A stretch of 32,000 bases of DNA from Mycobacterium tuberculosis H37Rv (lineage in GTDB: Bacteria; Actinomycetota; Actinomycetes; Mycobacteriales; Mycobacteriaceae). How positions within the stretch are numbered: the first letter of the stretch is position 1; each line of letters begins with the position of its first letter. The position numbers and the translations under genes are program-made. The notes beneath the pieces were generated by a model, which saw only the letters and a program-made list of their open reading frames with translations, searched no databases and was not told where the DNA came from. The stretch lies in assembly GCF_000195955.2 (NCBI RefSeq), contig NC_000962.3:720001-752000 (forward strand), read 5' to 3'. Below are positions 22,618 to 29,999 of the stretch, piece after piece.

Positions 22618-22634
22618 TACACATTCGGCGACGC
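22565..22634. repeat. Perfect 70-bp palindrome (32-bp arms, 6-nt spacer CGGCCC)
   Basis: Read directly: 22565-22596 (GCGTCGCCGAATGTGTAATGAGGGCGGAAATC) is the exact reverse complement of 22603-22634. The next outward pair (22564 A / 22635 G) mismatches. Confidence 0.97.
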
Positions 22635-25600
22635 GTGGACTACCTCAAGCCGTACTGGGATACCCACCCGCAGGACCGCGCCGACCTGCGCCGGTTCCTC
22701 GCCGATGGCCGTATCGAAGTGATGGGCGGAACCTACAACGAACCCAACACCAACCTCACCAGCCCGGAGACCACCATCCGAAACCTGGTGCACGGCATCG
22801 GTTTTCAGCGTGACGTGCTGGGCGCCGAGCCGGCCACCGCGTGGCAGCTCGACGTGTTCGGCCATGACCCGCAATTTCCTGGGCTGGCCGCCGATGCCGG
22901 GCTGACGTCGAGTTCCTGGGCCCGCGGGCCACACCACCAGTGGGGTCCGGCCCAAGGCGGGGTAGACCGCATGCAGTTTTGCAGCGAGTTCGAGTGGATC
23001 GCGCCGTCGGGTCGCGGCCTGTTGACCCATTACATGCCGGCGCATTATTCGGCGGGCTGGTCGATGGACTCGTCCACCTCGCTGGCCGACGCTGAGGCCG
23101 CCACCTACGCGCTGTTCGACCAGCTCAAAAAGGTCGCGCTGACCCGCAACGTGCTCCTGCCGGTGGGCACCGACTACACCCCGCCGAACAAGTGGGTCAC
23201 CGCCATCCACCGCGACTGGGGTGCGCGCTACACCTGGCCGCGCTTCGTGTGCGCGCTGCCCAAGGAGTTCTTCGCCGCGGTGCGCGCCGAACTGGCCAAG
23301 CGTGGTTGGGTGCCGTCGCCGCAGACCCGCGACATGAACCCGATCTACACCGGCAAGGACGTCTCCTACATCGACACCAAACAAGCCAACCGGGCCGCCG
23401 AGAACGCCGTCCTGGAAGCCGAGCGGTTCGCGGTGTTCGCCGCGCTGCTGACCGGCGCCGAGTATCCGCAGGCGGCGTTGGCCAAGGCGTGGGTGCAACT
23501 GGCCTACGGTGCGCACCACGACGCCATCACCGGCTCGGAGTCCGACCAGGTCTACCTCGACCTGCTGACCGGGTGGCGTGACGCGTGGGAGCTGGGCCGC
23601 GCGGCCCGGGACAACTCGCTGCGGTTGCTGTCCGGCGCGGTCGCCGCGTCGCACGATCGCGTCGTCGTGTGGAACCCGCTGACCCAGCGGCGCACCGACA
23701 TCGTCACTGCCAGGGTCGACCCGCCGCTGCAGGCCGGCGTGCGGGTGTTCGATCCCGACGGGGCTGAGGTGGCCGCGCTCGTCGAGCACGACGGACGGTC
23801 GGTCACCTGGCTGGCGTGCGACGTGCCCTCGCTGGGCTGGCGGGTTTACCGGTTGGTGCCCGCCGACGAGGCGCCAGGCTGGGAATTGGTACCCGGCACC
23901 GACATCGCCAACGAGCACTATCGGCTGGCCGTCGACCCCGAGCGTGGCGGGGCGTTGTCGTCGCTGGTGCAGGACGGCCGCCAGCTGATCGCCGCCGGCC
24001 GGGTAGCCAACGAGCTGGCCCTCTACGAGGAATACCCGTCGCACCCGACTCAGGGGGAGGGTCCGTGGCATCTACTGCCCACGGGGCCGGTGGTGTGCTC
24101 CTCGGCATGCCCGGCGCAGGTGCAGGCATACCGCGGCCCGCTCGGTCAGCGGTTGGTCGTGCGGGGGCGGATCGGCACCCTGCTGCGCTACACGCAGACA
24201 CTCACCTTGTGGGACGGCGTCGACCGGGTGGACTGCCGCACCAGCATCGACGAGTTCACCGGGGAAGACCGCTTGCTGCGGCTGCGCTGGCCGTGTCCGG
24301 TACCCGGCGCCATGCCGATCAGCGAAGTGGGGGACGCCGTCGTCGGGCGGGGTTTCGCGTTGCTGCACGAGGGGCCCGAATCGGTGGACACCGCCCAGCA
24401 TCCGTGGACCCTGGACAACCCGGCCTACGGCTGGTTCGGGTTGTCCTCGGCGGTGCGGGTACGCGCCGGCGATGGGGTGCGCGCGGTGTCGGTGGCCGAG
24501 GTGGTGTCGCCGACGGAGACGGTGTCCGGCCCGATGGCGCGCGACCTGATGGTCGCGCTGGTCCGCGCGGGCGTCACCGCGACCTGCAGCGGCGCCGACA
24601 AGCCGCGCTACGGCCACCTCGATGTCGATTCCAATCTGCCGGACGCCAGGATCGCGCTCGGTGGGCCGGACCGCAACACGTTCACCAAGGCCGTGCTGGC
24701 CGAGGCCGCCCCGGCCTACACCGCCGAACTGCAGCGGCAGCTGGCGAAGACCGGCACGGCCAGGGTGTGGGTGCCGGCCGCGAACCCGTTGGCGCGGGCC
24801 TGGCTGCCCGGCGCGGACTTGCGGGCACCGTGCGCGCTGCCGGTGCTGGTGATCGACGGCCGAGACGAGAAGCACCTGCGCGCCGCGGTGGCGTCGCTGG
24901 CCGACGACCTGGCCGACGCCGAGATCGTCGTGCACCAGCGGGCCGCGCCGCAAATGGAGCCGTTCGAGGATCGCACGGTCGCGCTGCTCAACCGTGGGGT
25001 GCCCAGCTTCGCCGTCGACTCCGAGGGCACCCTGCACACCGCGCTGATGCGGTCGTGCACCGGCTGGCCCTCCGGGGTCTGGATCGACCAGCCGCGACGC
25101 ACCGCCCCGGATGGCTCGAATTTCCAACTCCAGCACTGGACCCACCACTTCGACTACGCGCTTGTCTGCGGCGGCGGCGATTGGCGGCGCGCCGGCATCC
25201 CGGCGCGCAGCGCGCAGTTCTCCCACCCGCTGCTTGCGGTGGCGCCGCGACGGCCACAGGGCGAGCTGCCGGCGGTCGGCTCGCTGCTGCACGTCGAGCC
25301 GGCCGACTCGGTGCAGCTGGGCGCGCTCAAGGCGGCCGGCAACCCGCTGGCAGCCGGCAGCGCGCGGCCGGTCCAACCCGCCGCGGTGGCGCTGCGATTG
25401 GTGCAAACGACAGGAGCCGACACCCCGGTCACCATCGGCTGCGAGCTGGGCAAGGTAGGCGCCCTCCGGCCGGCCGACCTGCTGGAAACGCCGCTCGCAA
25501 TGGCAAGGGCGCGCAAGTCGTCCATCGACCTGCACGGCTATCAGGTCGCCACCGTGCTGGCCCGGCTCGACGTGGCCGCTGATATGGCTAACGTGCTGGC

Positions 25601-26366
25601 GGCCGACGACGTGGCGTTGGCGCCGCACGCCGAGACCGCTCAGCCGCAGTACGCGCGCTATTGGCTGCACAACCGCGGCCCGGCGCCGCTGGGCGGGCTG
25701 CCCGCGGTCGCCCACCTGCACCCGCGGCGGGTGCGCGGCCAGCCCGGTGACGACGTGGTGCTGCGCCTGACCGCGGCCAGCGACTGCACCGATTCGGTGC
25801 TGGGCGGCGTGGTCGACGTCGTGTGTCCGCTCGGCTGGCCGGCCACACCGGCTCGGTTGCCGTTCACGCTGGGCGCCGGGGCGCACCTGCAGGCCGACAT
25901 CGCGTTGAGCATTCCCGCCGGCGCGCCGCCGGGACCGTATCCGGTCCGCGCGCAGCTGCGCGTCGTCGACACGGCGGTACCGGCCGCCTGGCGCCAGGTG
26001 GTCGAGGACGTGTGCGTGGTCACCGTCGGCGCCGACTCCGATCTGGAGGAGCTGGTCTACCTCGTCGATGGGCCGGCCGACATCGAGCTGGCCGCCGGCG
26101 ACCGGGCCCGGCTGGCGGTGACGATCGGCAGCCGCGCTCACGCCGAGCTGGCCCTGGATGCGCACTCGATCAGCCCCTGGGGCACCTGGGAGTGGATCGG
26201 CCCGCCCGCGCTCGGCGCCGTGCTACCCGCCCGGGGCATGGCCAAGCTGGCTTTCGATGTGACCCCGCCGGCCTGGCTGGAGCCCGGGCAGTGGTGGGCC
26301 CTGGTTCGGGTCGGTTGCGCGGGTCAGTTGGTCTATTCGCCGGCGGTGAAGGTGAGCGTGACATGA
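22635..26366 (+). CDS. GH38 alpha-mannosidase (Rv0648-like), apparently N-terminally truncated relative to the family
   Basis: The frame is open from 22554. GH38-like sequence begins at GTG 22635 (VDYLKPYWDTHPQDRADLRRFLADGRIEVMGGTYNEPN...TIRNLVHG...QLDVFGHDPQFPGL). The start is uncertain: candidates are ATG 22575, GTG 22635 and GTG 22719/ATG 22722, and I recall the reference annotation using 22719 (1215 aa). The C-terminus carries two beta-sandwich-like modules. Confidence 0.85.
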   Translation: MDYLKPYWDTHPQDRADLRRFLADGRIEVMGGTYNEPNTNLTSPETTIRNLVHGIGFQRDVLGAEPATAWQLDVFGHDPQFPGLAADAGLTSSSWARGPHHQWGPAQGGVDRMQFCSEFEWIAPSGRGLLTHYMPAHYSAGWSMDSSTSLADAEAATYALFDQLKKVALTRNVLLPVGTDYTPPNKWVTAIHRDWGARYTWPRFVCALPKEFFAAVRAELAKRGWVPSPQTRDMNPIYTGKDVSYIDTKQANRAAENAVLEAERFAVFAALLTGAEYPQAALAKAWVQLAYGAHHDAITGSESDQVYLDLLTGWRDAWELGRAARDNSLRLLSGAVAASHDRVVVWNPLTQRRTDIVTARVDPPLQAGVRVFDPDGAEVAALVEHDGRSVTWLACDVPSLGWRVYRLVPADEAPGWELVPGTDIANEHYRLAVDPERGGALSSLVQDGRQLIAAGRVANELALYEEYPSHPTQGEGPWHLLPTGPVVCSSACPAQVQAYRGPLGQRLVVRGRIGTLLRYTQTLTLWDGVDRVDCRTSIDEFTGEDRLLRLRWPCPVPGAMPISEVGDAVVGRGFALLHEGPESVDTAQHPWTLDNPAYGWFGLSSAVRVRAGDGVRAVSVAEVVSPTETVSGPMARDLMVALVRAGVTATCSGADKPRYGHLDVDSNLPDARIALGGPDRNTFTKAVLAEAAPAYTAELQRQLAKTGTARVWVPAANPLARAWLPGADLRAPCALPVLVIDGRDEKHLRAAVASLADDLADAEIVVHQRAAPQMEPFEDRTVALLNRGVPSFAVDSEGTLHTALMRSCTGWPSGVWIDQPRRTAPDGSNFQLQHWTHHFDYALVCGGGDWRRAGIPARSAQFSHPLLAVAPRRPQGELPAVGSLLHVEPADSVQLGALKAAGNPLAAGSARPVQPAAVALRLVQTTGADTPVTIGCELGKVGALRPADLLETPLAMARARKSSIDLHGYQVATVLARLDVAADMANVLAADDVALAPHAETAQPQYARYWLHNRGPAPLGGLPAVAHLHPRRVRGQPGDDVVLRLTAASDCTDSVLGGVVDVVCPLGWPATPARLPFTLGAGAHLQADIALSIPAGAPPGPYPVRAQLRVVDTAVPAAWRQVVEDVCVVTVGADSDLEELVYLVDGPADIELAAGDRARLAVTIGSRAHAELALDAHSISPWGTWEWIGPPALGAVLPARGMAKLAFDVTPPAWLEPGQWWALVRVGCAGQLVYSPAVKVSVT

Positions 26367-27037
26367 GCGGGCGAAGCCGATTGCCCGGCTCCTCCTCACG
26401 CCGCGACGCGGCGCGCATCGTCGCCGAGCGGGTGGTCGCGACCGTCGCCGGTGTCGCGGTAGCGGTCGACGAGGTCGACGCGGCCGAAGCGCGGCTGCGC
26501 GACGGACCGCGCGCGGCCGCGCTGCCGGCGAGCGGCACCAGCGAGGGACGCCAACTGCGGCGCTGGCTCACCCAACTGATCGTGACCGAGCGGGTGGTAG
26601 CCGCCGAGGCCGCCGCACGTGGTCTGACCGCGGCGGGCGCCCCCGCCGAGGCGGACCTGCTGCCCGACGCGACGGCTCGGCTGGAGATCGGCAGCGTCGC
26701 CGCCGCGGTGCTGGCGGATCCTTTGGCGCGGGCGTTGTTCGCCGCCGTCACCGCGCGGGTCGCGGTCACCGACGACGCCGTGGCCGACTACCATGCCCGC
26801 AACCCGCTGCGGTTCGCCGCGCCATGTCCCGGCCAGCACGGCTGGCGTGCCCCGGCGGCGGCCGCCCCACCGCTGGATCAGGTGCGCCGCGCGATCACCG
26901 AGCATCTGTTGGGGGCCGCGCGCCGCCGCGCCTTCCGGGTGTGGCTGGACGCGCGCCGGAACGCCCTGGTGGTGCTGGCCCCCGGCTATGAGCACCCCGG
27001 CGACCCGCGCCAACCCGACAACACCCGCCGGCACTGA
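26363..27037 (+). CDS. fabD2: Ala/Arg-rich protein of unclear function, historically named FabD2 (no acyltransferase motif seen)
   Basis: ORF 25823..27037 trimmed to ATG 26363 (MSGRSRLPGSS..., 224 aa), overlapping the mannosidase stop as ATGA. No GHSxG or other malonyl-CoA:ACP transacylase motif is visible. Confidence 0.7.
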   Translation: MSGRSRLPGSSSRRDAARIVAERVVATVAGVAVAVDEVDAAEARLRDGPRAAALPASGTSEGRQLRRWLTQLIVTERVVAAEAAARGLTAAGAPAEADLLPDATARLEIGSVAAAVLADPLARALFAAVTARVAVTDDAVADYHARNPLRFAAPCPGQHGWRAPAAAAPPLDQVRRAITEHLLGAARRRAFRVWLDARRNALVVLAPGYEHPGDPRQPDNTRRH

Positions 27038-27945
27038 TGCTCACCCTTTGCCTCGACATCGGCGGCACCAAGATCGCCGCGGGCCTGGCCGACCCGGCCG
27101 GCACGTTGGTGCACACCGCCCAACGTCCCACCCCGGCGTATGGCGGAGCCGAACAGGTCTGGGCCGCGGTCGCCGAGATGATCGCCGACGCGCTCGGCGT
27201 GGCGGGGGGCGCGGTCGGTGGTGTGGGGATCGCCTCGGCCGGTCCTATCGACCTACACAGCGGCCGCGTCAGCCCGATCAACATCGGATCCTGGGGCGGC
27301 TTTCCGCTGCGGGATCGGGTCGCCGCCGCGGTCCCGGGGGTTCCGGTGCGGCTGGGGGGTGACGGGGTGTGCATGGCGCTCGGCGAGCACTGGCTGGGAG
27401 CCGGACGGGGTGCGCGCTTTCTGTTGGGTTTGGTGGTGTCCACCGGGGTGGGCGGCGGGTTGGTGCTCGACGGCGCCCCCTGTCTCGGCCGCACCGGCAA
27501 CGCCGGTCACGTCGGCCACGTGGTGGTGGATCCGGATGGCTCGCCGTGCCCGTGCGGGGGGCGTGGCTGTGTGGAGACCATCGCGTCCGGCCCGTCGCTG
27601 GCGCGCTGGGCGCGGGCCAACGGCTGGTCCGCGCCGCCCGGGGCCGGCGCCAAAGAGCTGGCCGAGGCGGCTGGGGCCGGAGACCCGGTGGCGCTGCGGG
27701 CCTTCCGCCGCGGCGCCGCGGCGCTGGCCGCGATGATCGCCTCGGTGGGCGCCGTGTGCGACTTGGATCTCGCCGTCATCGGCGGCGGCGTGGCCAAGTC
27801 GGGTCGCCTGCTGTTCGAGCCGTTACGTGCGGCGCTAGCCGACCACGCCCGGCTGGACTTTCTGGCCGGCCTGCGGGTGGTGCCTGCCGAGCTGGGCGGC
27901 GCCGCCGGCCTGGTGGGTGCGGCCAGGCTCGCGGCCATCGCATAA
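27037..27945 (+). CDS. ROK-family sugar kinase (Rv0650-like)
   Basis: 302-aa ORF. The ATG shares its A with the preceding TGA (TGATG). N-terminal LDIGGTKIAAG ATP-binding motif and ROK zinc motif GHVVVDPDGSPCPCGGRGCVE. Confidence 0.88.
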   Translation: MLTLCLDIGGTKIAAGLADPAGTLVHTAQRPTPAYGGAEQVWAAVAEMIADALGVAGGAVGGVGIASAGPIDLHSGRVSPINIGSWGGFPLRDRVAAAVPGVPVRLGGDGVCMALGEHWLGAGRGARFLLGLVVSTGVGGGLVLDGAPCLGRTGNAGHVGHVVVDPDGSPCPCGGRGCVETIASGPSLARWARANGWSAPPGAGAKELAEAAGAGDPVALRAFRRGAAALAAMIASVGAVCDLDLAVIGGGVAKSGRLLFEPLRAALADHARLDFLAGLRVVPAELGGAAGLVGAARLAAIA

Positions 27946-27952
27946 TGCCGAT

Positions 27953-28000
27953 TGTGAATCTGGCGACGCGACACGCCGGTGCGGCGTCGCGGGATTCACA
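27953..28000 (+). terminator. Extended stem-loop 8 nt after the ROK kinase stop
   Basis: Read directly: TGTGAATC (27953-27960) pairs with GATTCACA (27993-28000), and GCGACGC (27963-27969) pairs with GCGTCGC (27984-27990). There is an internal mismatch and no U-tract. Confidence 0.4.
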
Positions 28001-28022
28001 CTCGGCGATACGTGTCGCCGTT

Positions 28023-28052
28023 TTGGCTGACCGGACCGGGCCAGGCTATTGT
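28023..28052 (+). promoter_or_regulatory. Candidate SigA-type promoter for rplJ-rplL
   Basis: TTGGCT (28023-28028), an 18-nt spacer, then TATTGT (28047-28052, TANNNT form). About 225 nt upstream of rplJ. Pattern match only. Confidence 0.3.
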
Positions 28053-28275
28053 GGTTGCCGATCCACCGAAGACCGTCGGTCACCGAGCAATCGGTTGAAG
28101 GTCCGGGAGCATCCCGGCGACCCACGCAGGAGGACGAGGCAGCACCGCCGGCGCGCGCCGGCCTAGTTCCACGCCCCGACCGCTTCCTGCGTCGGGGCGT
28201 TCGTCGTTCCCGGGTGGTCGCAGACGGCACGTCGTACCCCGACTGCCACCAGACTTGCACCGTCAGGAGGTATGC
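28053..28275 (+). promoter_or_regulatory. Long structured 5' leader of rplJ, candidate L10(L12)4 autoregulatory leader
   Basis: About 220 nt of non-coding sequence before rplJ. It contains a 10-bp perfect stem (28170-28179 ACGCCCCGAC / 28190-28199 GTCGGGGCGT) followed by TCGTCGTTCCC, and a 14-bp GC palindrome CCGGCGCGCGCCGG (28147-28160). L10 leaders are widespread upstream of rplJ. Confidence 0.35.
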
Positions 28276-28812
28276 ATGGCCAGGGCTGACAAGGCCACCG
28301 CCGTCGCAGACATCGCAGCGCAGTTCAAGGAGTCGACCGCGACGTTGATCACCGAATACCGCGGCTTGACGGTGGCCAACCTGGCCGAGCTACGCAGGTC
28401 TCTGACGGGGTCGGCGACCTACGCGGTGGCCAAAAACACACTCATCAAGCGGGCGGCCTCCGAGGCCGGCATCGAGGGCCTCGACGAACTGTTTGTGGGC
28501 CCCACCGCGATCGCGTTCGTCACCGGTGAGCCGGTCGACGCCGCCAAGGCCATCAAGACCTTCGCCAAGGAGCACAAGGCGCTGGTCATCAAGGGCGGCT
28601 ACATGGACGGCCACCCATTGACCGTGGCCGAAGTCGAGCGCATCGCCGACCTGGAGTCCCGCGAGGTGTTACTGGCCAAGCTGGCCGGTGCGATGAAGGG
28701 CAACCTGGCCAAGGCGGCCGGGTTGTTCAACGCGCCGGCCTCGCAGCTGGCCCGGCTCGCGGCCGCCCTGCAGGAAAAGAAGGCCTGCCCAGGCCCAGAC
28801 TCAGCCGAGTAG
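28276..28812 (+). CDS. rplJ: 50S ribosomal protein L10
   Basis: ORF 28255..28812 trimmed to ATG 28276 ([10 protein letters not shown]..., 178 aa), preceded by AGGAGG (28265-28270). Confidence 0.95.
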
Positions 28813-28848
28813 TCACCCAGTACCCCACACCAGGAAGGACCGCCCATC

Positions 28849-29241
28849 ATGGCAAAGCTCTCCACCGACGAACTGCTGGACGCGTTCAAGGAAATGACCC
28901 TGTTGGAGCTCTCCGACTTCGTCAAGAAGTTCGAGGAGACCTTCGAGGTCACCGCCGCCGCTCCAGTCGCCGTCGCCGCCGCCGGTGCCGCCCCGGCCGG
29001 TGCCGCCGTCGAGGCTGCCGAGGAGCAGTCCGAGTTCGACGTGATCCTTGAGGCCGCCGGCGACAAGAAGATCGGCGTCATCAAGGTGGTCCGGGAGATC
29101 GTTTCCGGCCTGGGCCTCAAGGAGGCCAAGGACCTGGTCGACGGCGCGCCCAAGCCGCTGCTGGAGAAGGTCGCCAAGGAGGCCGCCGACGAGGCCAAGG
29201 CCAAGCTGGAGGCCGCCGGCGCCACCGTCACCGTCAAGTAG
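28849..29241 (+). CDS. rplL: 50S ribosomal protein L7/L12
   Basis: 130-aa ORF. N-terminal dimerisation region, Ala/Pro hinge, C-terminal domain [35 protein letters not shown]. Confidence 0.96.
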   Translation: MAKLSTDELLDAFKEMTLLELSDFVKKFEETFEVTAAAPVAVAAAGAAPAGAAVEAAEEQSEFDVILEAAGDKKIGVIKVVREIVSGLGLKEAKDLVDGAPKPLLEKVAKEAADEAKAKLEAAGATVTVK

Positions 29242-29929
29242 CTCTGCCCAGCGTGTTCTTTTGCGTCTGCTCGGCCCGTAGCGAACACTGCGCCCGCTCG
29301 GGTGAATCTCCCAGCGCGACAAGCAGGTTCACCGTCATCGCGGCGAGCACCGGTTCGACGGCCGCGCCTCGATCGCCGTAGAAGCCGGCCAGCTCGAGCA
29401 TCACGAAGCCGTGGATCTGTGACCAAAACTGCGCCGCGGTGGCAACTATTGCCGTGTCGTCGTCGGCTCCAAGCGCGGTCGCGAACCGGCCGGCCAGCAG
29501 GCACCGGTGCACCGCTCGCACCACATGCGCGAAACTGGGGTGCTGGTGTTCGATCTCGGCAACCTTGAGGGTCAACACGTCGCGCGCTGGCACGTTGATG
29601 CCGTGTGCGCTGGTGCTGCCGAACATTAGCCGGTACATGTGCGGGCGCTCGATGGCGTAGCGCCGGTAGGCGGTGCCGATGGCCAGCAGGTCGGCGACCG
29701 GATCGGCGGTCTGCGGGACCGTCAGCGCGACATCGAACTGGCGTAGCCCTTCTTCGGCTATGGCGGCGATCAGTCCGCGCATCCCGCCGAAATGGGTGTA
29801 CACCGCCATCGTCGAGGTGCCTGCTGCGGCGGCCACCTTGCGGGTCTGCAGCGCGTCGGGCCCGTGATCGTCGAGCAGTCGCACGCCGGCGTGCAGCAGC
29901 TCGTCGCGAACACCGGTCTGCGAGGTCAT
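29234..29929 (-). CDS. TetR-family transcriptional regulator (Rv0653c-like)
   Basis: ORF 29234..30106(-) trimmed to ATG 29929 ([12 protein letters not shown]..., 231 aa), with ATG 29938 as an alternative. [23 protein letters not shown]. The 3' end overlaps the rplL 3' end by 8 nt (convergent). Confidence 0.85.
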   Translation of the reverse strand: MTSQTGVRDELLHAGVRLLDDHGPDALQTRKVAAAAGTSTMAVYTHFGGMRGLIAAIAEEGLRQFDVALTVPQTADPVADLLAIGTAYRRYAIERPHMYRLMFGSTSAHGINVPARDVLTLKVAEIEHQHPSFAHVVRAVHRCLLAGRFATALGADDDTAIVATAAQFWSQIHGFVMLELAGFYGDRGAAVEPVLAAMTVNLLVALGDSPERAQCSLRAEQTQKNTLGRAT

Positions 29930-29975
29930 CCTTGCCATGTTCTCACCAAGGGCGTACCGTTCCAATATCAGTGAA

Positions 29976-29988
29976 ATAACAATGTTAT
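29976..29988. promoter_or_regulatory. Candidate TetR operator: ATAACA-A-TGTTAT palindrome in the divergent intergenic region
   Basis: Read directly: a perfect 6+1+6 inverted repeat in the only AT-rich stretch of the 70-bp gap. It sits immediately upstream of AGGAG (29989-29993) and the ATG at 30000. Confidence 0.35.
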
Positions 29989-29999
29989 AGGAGATCGGC

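Noticed and set aside
22582-22722. A 47-codon plus-strand ORF beginning MRAEIRPDFRPHYTFGDA, mirroring the N-terminus of the kinase gene.
   Set aside because: The resemblance is a direct consequence of the palindrome. The remainder (WTTSSRTGIPTRRTAPTCAGSS...) is an out-of-frame reading of GH38 sequence. There is no independent support for a gene.
22617-26165. Very long antisense or alternative-frame ORFs over the mannosidase gene (22617..24071 minus, 484 aa; 24072..26165 minus, 697 aa; 23816..25582 plus, 588 aa).
   Set aside because: Their translations are Arg/Pro/Gly/Ala-rich low-complexity strings with no motifs. Such shadow ORFs are expected in DNA of this GC content because stop codons are AT-rich. 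The GH38 frame carries clear family similarity.
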